From assembly GCA_048940445.1 (NCBI GenBank), contig JBHLON010000006.1:31634-95633 (forward strand): a stretch of 64,000 nt of DNA, read 5' to 3'. This document shows, piece after piece, positions 50,052-60,807 of the stretch (its first letter is position 1; each line of letters begins with the position of its first letter). Both the position numbers and the translations under genes were made by a program. This DNA is from Promethearchaeota archaeon (GTDB lineage Archaea; Asgardarchaeota; Lokiarchaeia; Sigyniarchaeales; SOKP01). The notes beneath the pieces are model-generated. The model was given only the letters and a program-made list of their open reading frames with translations. It had not been told where the DNA came from and did not search any database.

Positions 50052-51170
50052 ATGAGTTCAAAATCCAGTTTTGATATAATAGTTGTAGGTGCTGGTCCAG
50101 GTGGTTCAGTTGCCGCCAAAGAAGCCAGTGAGAATGGATATTCAACATGTATTATAGAGAAAGAGCATCTTGGCGAAGAAGGTCGATATAAAGCATGTGG
50201 AGGTGCCATGGGATGGGAGCTTATAGAAGAGATCGATTACCCTGAGGAAAAAATAGAACGTGTTTTCGAATCTTTGGAACTTCATCATGTAGATGGTGAG
50301 AATTTTTCAAAAAAAGGTAAAGGTGCAATTGTGTGGAGAAGTACTTTTGATAAGTTTCTAACAGATATGGCAATTAATAGTGGAGCGCTTCTGAAGGAAA
50401 AAGAGGCCATGATTAAATTGGAAAAGAAAAATGGAATATACGAAGTATCTACTAATAAAGATAAATATAAAACAAAATATGTAATTGCTGCTGATGGTGT
50501 TTCTTCTCCAACTCTGAAACTTTTAAAATGGCCTTTTTTCAAGAGTCAAGATGTGGTTCTAACAATTACTAAAGAAATGAAAACAACAAAATCTTACATT
50601 AATAATATTCTTGGAAGTGATTCTCTTCACTTTTTTTTTGGGATTAAAGACTTAATACCTGCGGGTTATGCTTGGTTAATTCCAAAAATTGACATAATCA
50701 CCGTTGGATGGGGTAAGCAAATTGATTTAATCAAAAATTCAAGAATAGAATTTGAAAAATTTTGGACTCTTCCTTATGTAAAGGAAGCTTTAAAAAATTC
50801 TACTATGGAAAACTCCATAAGGGCTCATCTAATCCCCGTAGGACTTAGACCAAAGCTTTATGAGGAGAATGTGTTTGCTATTGGAGACGCTGGAGGGATT
50901 GTAGATCCAATTACTGGAAAAGGAATTCCATATGCAATGATGTCTGGACAAATCGCCATCCAAACAATTAAATCGTGTGAAAGCAGAGGTAAATTAGAAA
51001 AGCTTGGTGATCAATATAAAAGAGGTTTGGATAAGAAATTTCTTAAAGTTTTAAAAGCTAAACGTATTGTAAGGGATAAAATTTTTCAAAATGATAAAAA
51101 CTTAAAAAAGTTTCTTTCTTTATGGGAAAACCATCGTAGTTCTGAAATCATTATGAAAAAGTTATTTTAG
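50052..51170 (+). CDS. Geranylgeranyl reductase family FAD oxidoreductase
   Basis: VVGAGPGG, KACGG, R..FD, AADG, GYAWLIP, GDAGG.VDPITGKGI; ATG 50052. Confidence 0.88.
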   Translation: MSSKSSFDIIVVGAGPGGSVAAKEASENGYSTCIIEKEHLGEEGRYKACGGAMGWELIEEIDYPEEKIERVFESLELHHVDGENFSKKGKGAIVWRSTFDKFLTDMAINSGALLKEKEAMIKLEKKNGIYEVSTNKDKYKTKYVIAADGVSSPTLKLLKWPFFKSQDVVLTITKEMKTTKSYINNILGSDSLHFFFGIKDLIPAGYAWLIPKIDIITVGWGKQIDLIKNSRIEFEKFWTLPYVKEALKNSTMENSIRAHLIPVGLRPKLYEENVFAIGDAGGIVDPITGKGIPYAMMSGQIAIQTIKSCESRGKLEKLGDQYKRGLDKKFLKVLKAKRIVRDKIFQNDKNLKKFLSLWENHRSSEIIMKKLF

Positions 51171-51300
51171 AAATTCTATTTTTATTGAAAATCTATTTTC
51201 TTCGATTATTTTTAAATTCATAAAATCTTATTATTATTCATATATCTTATATTACATTTAATATTATTATTAGTAGTACACTCTAAATTAGGTAAAAAAT

Positions 51301-52026
51301 TTGGAAGACTTTAGAGAAATCCCAAAGGAAATTTTGCCTAAGCATATCGGATTGATCTTGGATGGAAATAGGCGTTGGGCTAGAAAAAATAAATTAGATC
51401 CTAATTTAGGTCATTTAGAAGGATATAGAAATCTGAGAGATCGGTTGTTTGATTTCTATGACGCTGGTATCAGATATGTAACAGTCTATGCTCTTTCCCT
51501 TGAAAATGCTAAAAGAAGAAGCCCAGAAGAATTGAAAAATATTTATAAAATAATTGTAGCAGCAGTGGATTCTGTGAAAAACGAGGCAATCGTTAGAGAT
51601 GAAAAAATTAAAATTAATATCATTGGACGATTACACTTACTTCCTAAAGATGTTAAACAAAAATTGAAGGAATTAACTGAATTTACTCAAGATTTTGATA
51701 AAGCCTTCTTAAATGTTTGTATTATGTATGATGGTCAAGAAGAGATTGTAGACGCTATTAGAAAAATAGTAAAAAATGGTGTTGAACCGGAGAAAATTGA
51801 CCTCAAATTAGTAAAGGATTATTTATACACTAAAGGATTTCCAGAGTTAGATTATATAATAAGAACTGGGATGGAAGATGGTGCAAGATTATCAGGATTT
51901 CTTCTATGGGATGCATCGTATGCGGAATTTAAATTTAGAGACGATTATTGGCCTGATTATACAAAACAAATGGTAATTGAAGATTTAAAGGAATTTGTTG
52001 ATAGACATAGAAGAAAAGGAGCTTAG
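51301..52026 (+). CDS. uppS: cis-Prenyltransferase
   Basis: PKHIGLILDGNRRWA, SLEN..R, IRTG...RLSGF, RRKG. Confidence 0.93.
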   Translation: MEDFREIPKEILPKHIGLILDGNRRWARKNKLDPNLGHLEGYRNLRDRLFDFYDAGIRYVTVYALSLENAKRRSPEELKNIYKIIVAAVDSVKNEAIVRDEKIKINIIGRLHLLPKDVKQKLKELTEFTQDFDKAFLNVCIMYDGQEEIVDAIRKIVKNGVEPEKIDLKLVKDYLYTKGFPELDYIIRTGMEDGARLSGFLLWDASYAEFKFRDDYWPDYTKQMVIEDLKEFVDRHRRKGA

Positions 52027-52270
52027 ATTCTTTTACTATAAGGTTTTAAATCTAATTCTGAGCATTTATAGTTTTTCGAATATCGAATAAAATTAAATTT
52101 TTTAATGGGTACTCTATGTTTTTTTTATAAAGATTTAAAATAGATTTTACAAAAGTTAATTGAACTGTACAAAAAGATCATATCATATTTGACAGAGAAA
52201 TTTAACCAAAATAAATATCTAATATGCTTAATTTAAAAAATATAATAAGTTAAACGTCAAAGGCTATACT

Positions 52271-54163
52271 ATGTCCACCTCAGACCAGAATCAAGCAATT
52301 AATCTTACTATTACTAAGTTTCCTCAAAACCTCATAGTTCCTAATGCTGATAGTATCGTTTCAATTCAAGTATCGAGCCAATCTAAGAAGGATGAAAAAT
52401 TTAAATTTAGTTTTGAAGGAGAAAATTTAGATGTAAAGTGTGAACCAGAGGAATTCTATAAAGAATTAGAATTTAGACCAGGAGAATCCAAAACAATTGA
52501 TCTAAAGCTAAGATCAACGGGTGATGGGCACGGTAAGCTTATTATTAATGCCTATTGGATGAAACTTGTTCAGTATACGATAAAAGTCCAAAAATTAAGA
52601 GACAAAGTTCCTTCAAGCAATATTAAAAAAATCTTAGGGGGAGTACAAGCTTTAACACCTGATTCAAATGATAAGTTTAAAGCAAAAAATTTCTTTGTGA
52701 ATTCCCAAAAAAAGAATAATATAAAAAATCTTGAAAATGAAATTCATTCTATGAGAGCGGAGTATGAAGCATTTAAGCAAAGTCAATCAGAACTGGCTGT
52801 ATCTAATTTAGTATCACCTAAACCAGGAGTTTCTCCTGAAAATATTGATTCTCAACTCAAAACATTAGCTAAGCAATATCTAAGTGTAAAAAATTTTTAT
52901 AAAGCTTTAGAAACAGCATTAAAATTATACAATGAAGCAGAACGAATTCAATTTTATTATGATTTAATTAGAGCTTATGCGACAGTTGATTTAAATGCCT
53001 GCTTAGAAGTAATCAAAAGTATTGATGACCAATTCAATAATTATGAAATTATTAATAAATTAATTTTAGATTTTGTAGATATTAACCATGAGGAAATAAT
53101 AAAAATATTAAGTCTAGTTGAAGACCCTTCAAAGAAGGAAGAAATAATTGCTAAAGTATTAGGAAATGTGATTAAAAAAGATTACAGACTGGCACTCAAA
53201 CTTACTTATTCAATTCAGGATGAACTATTAAAGGTTAAAGCGTTGTTTGATGTAATTAAAGAGCTTAATAGAAACAAAAACTATGAGGAGATTTTAACAG
53301 TTATAAATCAGATCAATCAAATCATAATTAATTCATCTAAGATAAATTTAGCTAACCAAAATTATCAAAATCCAGCATATGAATATTTAAAAAAGGCTAT
53401 TTATATTATAGCAGAATTAGATTCTCCAAAAGCTGCTGAAGAGGTTATTTCTACAATAAAATCTGAGAGTGTTAGAGAGAGAATGTTGAAAGATACTTTT
53501 GATATTATATATATCCTTGTTGATGAATTTAGAGAAAGAGTTGAACCAGTACCACTCTTTTCTCAACTCTATTTGTTAAATGTATTTTCGTCTAAAATTA
53601 GCAGTGAAGTTAAAGATTTTTCTCTAATGGGAGGAAACATAAGTAGTAATCTTTTATCAAATGATTATAATTGTAAGCTGGCTATTTTATCTCTATTTAG
53701 TTATGATTTTAGTATCTTCCCTATTATTGATAGAATTTATACTGATTTGAAATTTAATGGAAATAAATCATTTGCATATTATATCTTTCCATCAACTAAA
53801 AACCATAATGAAGAGGAGTTATCTATTATGCAAAGTACACTTCGCTTATTTTTACCGCCGAATAAAATTTCTAATCAAATGATTTTGTTTAATTTAGACT
53901 TTATCCCTTACTTAGGACAGCCTACAGTTATTCTTGCGTCAGAATCAGAAGATTTAGCAAACTTAAATGCTAAAATCCAAAAAACTTTTGGAAACAATGT
54001 ACAAACATTAATTGATAATTCATTCTTTGAGGGTGGTCAGACCGTCACCAATTTAAACAATATTTTTATGTCAAATAATTTCAAAATTATTAATCTAATC
54101 TTATCTTATGAATTTTTGAATGATTATAATTTATTTAAAAGTTTTATTGAAACATTTTCTTGA
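52271..54163 (+). CDS. Hypothetical protein: Ig-like N-terminus, helical solenoid, alpha/beta C-terminus
   Basis: 630-aa ORF; domain pattern inferred from residue periodicity. Confidence 0.7.
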   Translation: MSTSDQNQAINLTITKFPQNLIVPNADSIVSIQVSSQSKKDEKFKFSFEGENLDVKCEPEEFYKELEFRPGESKTIDLKLRSTGDGHGKLIINAYWMKLVQYTIKVQKLRDKVPSSNIKKILGGVQALTPDSNDKFKAKNFFVNSQKKNNIKNLENEIHSMRAEYEAFKQSQSELAVSNLVSPKPGVSPENIDSQLKTLAKQYLSVKNFYKALETALKLYNEAERIQFYYDLIRAYATVDLNACLEVIKSIDDQFNNYEIINKLILDFVDINHEEIIKILSLVEDPSKKEEIIAKVLGNVIKKDYRLALKLTYSIQDELLKVKALFDVIKELNRNKNYEEILTVINQINQIIINSSKINLANQNYQNPAYEYLKKAIYIIAELDSPKAAEEVISTIKSESVRERMLKDTFDIIYILVDEFRERVEPVPLFSQLYLLNVFSSKISSEVKDFSLMGGNISSNLLSNDYNCKLAILSLFSYDFSIFPIIDRIYTDLKFNGNKSFAYYIFPSTKNHNEEELSIMQSTLRLFLPPNKISNQMILFNLDFIPYLGQPTVILASESEDLANLNAKIQKTFGNNVQTLIDNSFFEGGQTVTNLNNIFMSNNFKIINLILSYEFLNDYNLFKSFIETFS

Positions 54164-54196
54164 AGTAAAATTTTAATATAATACGTGAAAAAATGC

Positions 54197-55873
54197 ATGG
54201 CTAAGGACAAGAAAAAGAAGAAAAAGAAAGGAAGGAGTAAAGGAGAAACAGATACTTTTAGTGTTTTTATGGGTTCTGGAAAAGGAAAAAGTAAAAAAGG
54301 TGAAGCAAAAGCAACTGTTGCGTCTATTGGAAAGCCTATAGATCGATCTGGTGATCAATTATTTCTGGGCACAGACTATCGTGAGGTATTTATTCCAGAA
54401 CGATCCTGGGGAGAAATTCTTTGGGATATAGAGCATTGGACACCATTGCCATTCACTCATGGAATTGAAATGGAACTAATTATCGCGGACGATCAAGGCA
54501 ATTATCCACCCGGTGATGAAATGGTTTTTCGTATGAGAGAAATCGTAAAAGATGCAATAAAAATAATGGATCAAATTCTTTATGAAGGTAGAGATGATTT
54601 CTATCCAGTTCCTGATTATATTCGTTCTAAGGTCACTGCTCGTCCATATGGTCGGGAAGATTTGGAAAAAGGTTATGCAATGGACATTCGCTATCGTTTA
54701 CCTGACGGTAATGAAGTAGATATTGATACATTTGCGAGAGACGGTAATGTTACTGCAGTTACTTATATTTTAGAGCTCGTAACACCTCCCTGTGAATTTG
54801 TAGAAGAATTGGCATATTGGGCAAGTACGTTGTTCCTGTTAGCTAAAAGTACTCTACCAAGCGACTTACATATTATAGCTTCAGCTATAAATCCCGCTGC
54901 GCAAGAGTACATGCGGGGATTAAGTCAAGCAGATCATAGCCATATAGGATCCTTCCAGTCAGATTTGGAGAAAATACAATCGTATTGTATGATAAGGAAT
55001 TTCATTCCTCACATCATTGCGCTCACTTGCAACTCTCCCATTATTAATAATAAACCTACTGATGTGGTAAAGATTGTAAATAATAGGATTACTGCACCTA
55101 ATTGTGTACGCTCATTGAGATTAAAAAATAATACAACAATGCTTAGTAATAATGATCCTAAGCACTTCATTCCATATATTACCTCATCCGATCAAGACAC
55201 TATTAACTATTTTCTTGGCGTAATCCAGAAAGCAAGTTTAGAAGATGGTCGATTTCAGGATGTGTTTCCATTTACTGATTGGGGAACAATTGAAGTAAGA
55301 ATTAGTGATGCACAGATATCAATATGTCGAAGGATAGGGATGGTAATGCTTTTTCAAGCTTTTTGTTATAAAGCGCGTAAATTACTTCAAAAAGGTGTAT
55401 GGGTCCCTGATGCTGGTTCAGAAACAATAGCTTTAAACCGTAAGGGTGCAATTGAACGAGGTTTGATATCACTTTTTCGTCCTGCGCCAAACTTAACAAG
55501 AGAAGCTCTTGCGAAGTATGATCCCGAATTTGCAGAGCAATATCTAGGACCAGAAAATCAACCAGTAAGGTATATGATGCAAGCAGTTCAACGTATGTTT
55601 TTCTACTTAAGAGATGAATTAAAAGAGTTGGGATTTCTTTATAGTCCATTCCTCAAGCCAATTCTTCAATCAGTATTCGGAAGTATAAGCTATGCTGAAC
55701 CTCCAATTACAGAAGCGGAGTATCAATTATCATTATATGATTACAAGTTAAAAAATGGAGAAAATCCAAGTATTTTATACGATCTGATTTATTTCACTAT
55801 TCAATATTGCCAAGATCCTTTAAATAATCCATTAACAGGAGTATTGACACTTCCTAAAGAAATGAGGGTGTAA
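54197..55873 (+). CDS. Glutamate-cysteine ligase-like (GCS2) carboxylate-amine ligase
   Basis: GIEMEL, LELVTPP, HSHIG, ALTCNSP, GTIEVRISD; polybasic N-terminus; ATG 54197. Confidence 0.82.
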   Translation: MAKDKKKKKKKGRSKGETDTFSVFMGSGKGKSKKGEAKATVASIGKPIDRSGDQLFLGTDYREVFIPERSWGEILWDIEHWTPLPFTHGIEMELIIADDQGNYPPGDEMVFRMREIVKDAIKIMDQILYEGRDDFYPVPDYIRSKVTARPYGREDLEKGYAMDIRYRLPDGNEVDIDTFARDGNVTAVTYILELVTPPCEFVEELAYWASTLFLLAKSTLPSDLHIIASAINPAAQEYMRGLSQADHSHIGSFQSDLEKIQSYCMIRNFIPHIIALTCNSPIINNKPTDVVKIVNNRITAPNCVRSLRLKNNTTMLSNNDPKHFIPYITSSDQDTINYFLGVIQKASLEDGRFQDVFPFTDWGTIEVRISDAQISICRRIGMVMLFQAFCYKARKLLQKGVWVPDAGSETIALNRKGAIERGLISLFRPAPNLTREALAKYDPEFAEQYLGPENQPVRYMMQAVQRMFFYLRDELKELGFLYSPFLKPILQSVFGSISYAEPPITEAEYQLSLYDYKLKNGENPSILYDLIYFTIQYCQDPLNNPLTGVLTLPKEMRV

Positions 55874-55875
55874 AA

Positions 55876-57411
55876 ATGTTAACAGCAACATTTGAACAAG
55901 CTGGGATGAAACGAGTAGAACAGATTTTCGTAATTGATGCTCATTCTCATTTAGGGGAAGATGTTGATGGAGCAACAATGATGAATCCATTAGCGCCAGG
56001 TACAGGTACTTTTGATTTTTGGGGTAATGTACAAGGTCGTATTACAACAGATTGGGAAAAAACAGGGGAACAATCATTTATAACTACAATGGAGGGAAAG
56101 TCAACCCGAATTTCTTGGTCATTTACGCCGTATCCATTTACTGAAAAGTTATATACTGTTCTAGAAAGCCTAGGGAAAAGATATTCAGATTTAAAAGAGA
56201 AATCCAAATTTTATTCTTTTATTGATCAAGGAGTGGTATTTCCTTTCCAAGATGTATTCCGTGACAAACATCCAGAAGCCTTGTATCGAGCAAGTAATAT
56301 TAATGTTTCTCGATTTACAACGCGATTTCCGTTTTCAATGAAACTAATCGGTTATGGTCGAGTAGATCCAATGGAAGGAAATAAAGCTGTAAAAGAAGTG
56401 AGCTATGCGCGAGAAACATTAGGTTTAAGAGGGTTAAAACTCCATCCTCGCTCAGAAAGATGGATTGACAATATAAAATCGAATAAAGCAGTTAATGTTC
56501 TTATCGAAGCAGCTAGTCATTCAATGCCCGTGATTTTTGATACTAGAGGCAGAGGCTCAATTTTAGATATCGCTGAATTAGTAAAATCGACGAGGGGTGT
56601 TATAGTGCAACAGTATCCTGAGCTATTACCTCATTTTAAGGTAATTATAGCTCATTTTGCTCAGGGGAACATTGGAGATCATGAAGTTTATAACGCTATT
56701 GTTCAACCCAATACATATGGAGATTTGTCAATGCTCCATGGAGAAGGTGCTGGCAATTTCTTCGAGGATTTTCGACGTTGGTTCAAATCTAATAATAAAT
56801 ATAATGTTGATAATAGAGATTGGTCAGAATATCTCCTATACGCATCAGATTACCCTTATTTTGGTGATGTCCATGCCCAGAAACTGATAAAATACATCAT
56901 TAATAAACAATTTTTTGATAGCGGTGGAACTATCAGAGATGTGAAGAATATACTTGGATTAAACCAATTAAAGATACTTCCTGAGTATAACATTCCTCTA
57001 GTTAAAAAAGATGGAAAACCATTATACAGTACGATCATTTCTTGTGCTTCAGATCATAATGCATATGAAATGACATTGAGAGCACTAGCAAAATTGATAC
57101 TAAACAACAAAATTGACATTAAATCTTTTTGTATCCAATTCAAGGAATCATGGGACAAGTTTAATGATGATATATTATTGAATGTTACTAATCTTGGTAA
57201 AAAGGAAGATTTTCCTATAATAGTAACAAATTTAGTAAAGAACAAATTATCACTTGTTGCACCTCTAAATAAAGGGATGGAGTGGAATAAATTTGGATAT
57301 AAATTTTTTAATCCAAAAGATCGTTTATTTTTTGCTACAGCATTTAAACATAATTTTTTAGCAACTGATGAAACTCAAGTATTAAATTGCATAACTCAAA
57401 TTTTTAATTAA
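55876..57411 (+). CDS. Amidohydrolase family protein
   Basis: IDAHSH, GLKLHP, IIAH, YASDYP. Confidence 0.85.
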   Translation: MLTATFEQAGMKRVEQIFVIDAHSHLGEDVDGATMMNPLAPGTGTFDFWGNVQGRITTDWEKTGEQSFITTMEGKSTRISWSFTPYPFTEKLYTVLESLGKRYSDLKEKSKFYSFIDQGVVFPFQDVFRDKHPEALYRASNINVSRFTTRFPFSMKLIGYGRVDPMEGNKAVKEVSYARETLGLRGLKLHPRSERWIDNIKSNKAVNVLIEAASHSMPVIFDTRGRGSILDIAELVKSTRGVIVQQYPELLPHFKVIIAHFAQGNIGDHEVYNAIVQPNTYGDLSMLHGEGAGNFFEDFRRWFKSNNKYNVDNRDWSEYLLYASDYPYFGDVHAQKLIKYIINKQFFDSGGTIRDVKNILGLNQLKILPEYNIPLVKKDGKPLYSTIISCASDHNAYEMTLRALAKLILNNKIDIKSFCIQFKESWDKFNDDILLNVTNLGKKEDFPIIVTNLVKNKLSLVAPLNKGMEWNKFGYKFFNPKDRLFFATAFKHNFLATDETQVLNCITQIFN

Positions 57412-57649
57412 TCTCCATTTTCTATATTTCTTTCATGATATTTGCACCCTATGGCAAAAGTTGATTCTTTGGTTGCCATTTTGGCTTAAATAATTAAATT
57501 TTTTTAAAAAGTATGTAAAAGTTTAATTCATAAAGTTAGATTTAAAAATATCTAAAGATAAAATAAATAGAATATAATTAATATGTAGATGTAATAGATA
57601 ATGTTAAAAATTTATTTTATATCATTAAAACTTTCTTAGAGGCTTTAAA

Positions 57650-58861
57650 TTGAAAGGAATAATGATTCTTGGATTTGATGAGCATGATAAAGTATTTATT
57701 GACACTCAATTTCCTTCAAACTTGGATGAATTTTTAAAGATCTCAGCAGATACTCTTACCTATTTAGAAAAACAACATATGCAAGAGAAAATGGAGCCAA
57801 ACTATTACGAATTAATCCTTGAAAATGAGCTGAATGTAGCAAGTTTTTACACAGGATTTTCATTTCGCCATTATGTTGGAAAACCTAATTATGCAATTAC
57901 TATTTTCTTATCAGAAGATGATAATATATCTGAGGGGTTTGAAGGTATGATAAGAAGAATAGCCTATGAGCTATTACCAAAAAGAGAAGCGCTAAATTTT
58001 GACGATATTTTTGGAAAATACTATGAAATGTTAAAAGATGATGAGTTAAGCCCATATTGGGAGGAAACCATCGAAGGTGAAACAAGCAAAGTAGATGTAA
58101 AGGAGAAAGAAAAAAGGAAAGGAGAAAAGGAAATATCTAGTGATAAATCAATGGATGTATCAGAAACTTCTGCTGATGATGTAGAATTACTCAATCAATT
58201 CGAGGAAATGAAAGAAAAAAATCAAGAATTAGAGAATCTACTAGAAGAAAAAAAAAAGAAAATAAGGGATCTAACTAATAAATATACAGAGTTAATGGAA
58301 GAAAAAAATTCTATTAATGGGGAAGTTGAATCTTTAAAATCAGAAATTAGTGAACAATATATTAAGTTAGAGAAGTGGAGTCAGCAGATGGCTGAATTAA
58401 ATGAAAACAATGCAAAATTATTAAAAGAAATCAAGGAACTTAATGAAAAAAATGAGGCAAAAGATAATGAAATTGAGGGTAAAGATAAAAAAATTCAGGA
58501 GTTGAGCCAACAATTAGATTCTGCAAAAAAAGAGGAGAATAAAACCGATAATTTAAAACAAGAAAAAGAAAATTTGAAGAAAATTAATTTAAATCTAAAC
58601 ACCGAAATTGAAAAATTCACGAATGAAATAAAGAAGTTAAAAGAAGAAAATGAAAAAGTAAGAGATGAAAATGCTATACATATTGATTCTATTACAAATT
58701 TAAAGTATGAAATAAAAAATTTGAAAGATAACTTAACCTTTGAGGTAAAAGAAAAAGAGAAAAATAAAAGTGAAACATTCGATCTCAAAAAAGAGATTAA
58801 AGTTTTAAGAAGAGAACGAGATCATTATCAGAAAATCGTAAAAGATAATGACTTACTCTGA
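57650..58861 (+). CDS. Longin/uDENN-like domain plus long coiled coil
   Basis: GIMILGFDE......QFP N-terminus, followed by about 220 aa of heptads. Confidence 0.6.
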   Translation: MKGIMILGFDEHDKVFIDTQFPSNLDEFLKISADTLTYLEKQHMQEKMEPNYYELILENELNVASFYTGFSFRHYVGKPNYAITIFLSEDDNISEGFEGMIRRIAYELLPKREALNFDDIFGKYYEMLKDDELSPYWEETIEGETSKVDVKEKEKRKGEKEISSDKSMDVSETSADDVELLNQFEEMKEKNQELENLLEEKKKKIRDLTNKYTELMEEKNSINGEVESLKSEISEQYIKLEKWSQQMAELNENNAKLLKEIKELNEKNEAKDNEIEGKDKKIQELSQQLDSAKKEENKTDNLKQEKENLKKINLNLNTEIEKFTNEIKKLKEENEKVRDENAIHIDSITNLKYEIKNLKDNLTFEVKEKEKNKSETFDLKKEIKVLRRERDHYQKIVKDNDLL

Positions 58862-58863
58862 GT

Positions 58864-60642
58864 TTATCTCTTTTGTCTTCGAGTCTTACTCACTATTCTG
58901 CTTTGGAAATGAATTGCACTAATTAATCCAATTAAAATTGCAAGAATATACGTTCCTGAAGAGATTGTACCATTTTGTGTTTTGTGATAAATAAATTTGA
59001 GAACCAAAGTAGATTGAGAGCATATAATTTCTTGTTTGAAATTTTGATATATGGCTGCATTATCGATTCCACGATTATTAAGGGCAAAAGATATGCGTAG
59101 ATTCTCATCTAATAACCACATTTGTAAGTCATCGTTTCTCCCTATGAAAATACCATTTTCAATCGTACTATAACCTAATGGTGGTTCTATTATCGCATGT
59201 TCTCCATAAATGTCAGAGAAATCAGCAAAGTCTGTTGTAATTTTTTCTATATCCATTGATCCATCTGGTATTTTAAAAAGTGTGTTGTTATATGCTTCAT
59301 ATATATAAATGTTTCCATATACATCTGTTACTCCAACGATTCGAGTTGAATTTTTAAAAGTAGCTACTTTATAGTAATCCATTGGATTTTTTATTGGGAT
59401 TCGGTAAACATTAGTTTCATTTTTAAGCAAGTCTTCTGTTAAGAGGATAATTTCATAGTTTTTAACGTCAAAATAAATTGATTTAGCCCACTCATGAATA
59501 TTTTTATTAAACCAATCTTCGAAAGAGCCATCATGATTAACTTTTTCAATCGTTACAGAGTCATTTACTAGCAAAGCAAAAATATTATTGTCGGTATCCA
59601 CTATTAGTTTCGAAATGCTCATATTATATGGACTTTTGCCAAAGTAAATTGGTCCGAATACATTTAATTTGTAGATTGTATCTCCTATAACATAGAGGAT
59701 TTTTTCATCGTATGTTTCTATTATTGTGTGAGAGTTTACAACCGGGGTAAGTATTTGAGCTTCTGAATCGTTGGGATTATACCCAATTAAGCACCCTCCA
59801 AAACTCCCTGCCGCAATGAACATTTGTAATTTCTTTGACCAAGTTAAGGTACTCATTCCTAATTTCGAAGCCATTAGAAACATAAAAACATTATTTTCAT
59901 ATTTATAAAATCCTCTATTATTACCATCAGCAGTCATGTAATATAATTCATCGTTATCATCAACACCAATTCCAATCACTTCTTCTGTTCCAGGAAGTCC
60001 AATTTCAGTTTTTAAAACTGTTGTAACTAACGAAGTTAAATTCATCATTGAAAATGATCCAAGATACGTCTCAGTATAATAAAGAATGCTATGATTATTG
60101 TTTAAAACAATCTGGCTACAACCCTGGACATTTGAAAGGATCGTGGTGAGGTAATTACCCTCGGCATCAAACCTTAGAATATCAGTTCCATTCTTTATTG
60201 AACCACAATAGAATGAATCATCTAAAGGATCAACCGTCATTGTCGTCAAGGGAAAAGCATAGGAATAATTATTCAAAAATGTAATTCCGCTAGAAGTCAT
60301 AGTGTAAAATCCGAATTCATTCATTCCTAGAAGTCGATTATGATTAGGTTGGTAAATAAGATCACTTAACGACATTGAAATATTGAGATATTCACTTTGA
60401 ACCATTGATTCATCCACTTTCATAATCATATGATTAAGATTATCAACATAGTAAAGGTCATTGTTTTCACCTATGCATTTTGGTCCAGGGGGATGGGGAA
60501 TCTCATATATTGTTAATACATCCCAACCTGATCGAACATCTCTCATGCTTTCAGAAGAATTTCCGTTTATGCTTAGATATAAAAAATTAGCAGTAAACAT
60601 CACTAGTATTATTATACAATAAAATTTAAGCTGTTTAACCAC
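58864..60642 (-). CDS. Secreted beta-propeller protein with C-terminal TM anchor
   Basis: Signal peptide, repeated (I/V).VD..(G/N).LY NHL/SMP-30-like blades, TM plus basic tail. Confidence 0.75.
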   Translation of the reverse strand: MVKQLKFYCIIILVMFTANFLYLSINGNSSESMRDVRSGWDVLTIYEIPHPPGPKCIGENNDLYYVDNLNHMIMKVDESMVQSEYLNISMSLSDLIYQPNHNRLLGMNEFGFYTMTSSGITFLNNYSYAFPLTTMTVDPLDDSFYCGSIKNGTDILRFDAEGNYLTTILSNVQGCSQIVLNNNHSILYYTETYLGSFSMMNLTSLVTTVLKTEIGLPGTEEVIGIGVDDNDELYYMTADGNNRGFYKYENNVFMFLMASKLGMSTLTWSKKLQMFIAAGSFGGCLIGYNPNDSEAQILTPVVNSHTIIETYDEKILYVIGDTIYKLNVFGPIYFGKSPYNMSISKLIVDTDNNIFALLVNDSVTIEKVNHDGSFEDWFNKNIHEWAKSIYFDVKNYEIILLTEDLLKNETNVYRIPIKNPMDYYKVATFKNSTRIVGVTDVYGNIYIYEAYNNTLFKIPDGSMDIEKITTDFADFSDIYGEHAIIEPPLGYSTIENGIFIGRNDDLQMWLLDENLRISFALNNRGIDNAAIYQNFKQEIICSQSTLVLKFIYHKTQNGTISSGTYILAILIGLISAIHFQSRIVSKTRRQKR

Positions 60643-60807
60643 TAGAATTACCCAATATTGATCATTCTTTAGTTAATGAAGGTGACTGTTTTAAAAAAAT
60701 TATTCAATCTTAAAATCATTTTAAACATACAAAATTTCGAAAACAAATAGAGTAAAAACAAAGATTTTTCACATTTTAATAACTTCTTAAGTTATTTTTC
60801 GTTAGGT

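Noticed and set aside
57408-57480. ATGGCAA/TTGCCAT inverted repeat and a 23-codon minus-strand ORF
   Set aside because: Too short to distinguish from chance or a terminator-like hairpin
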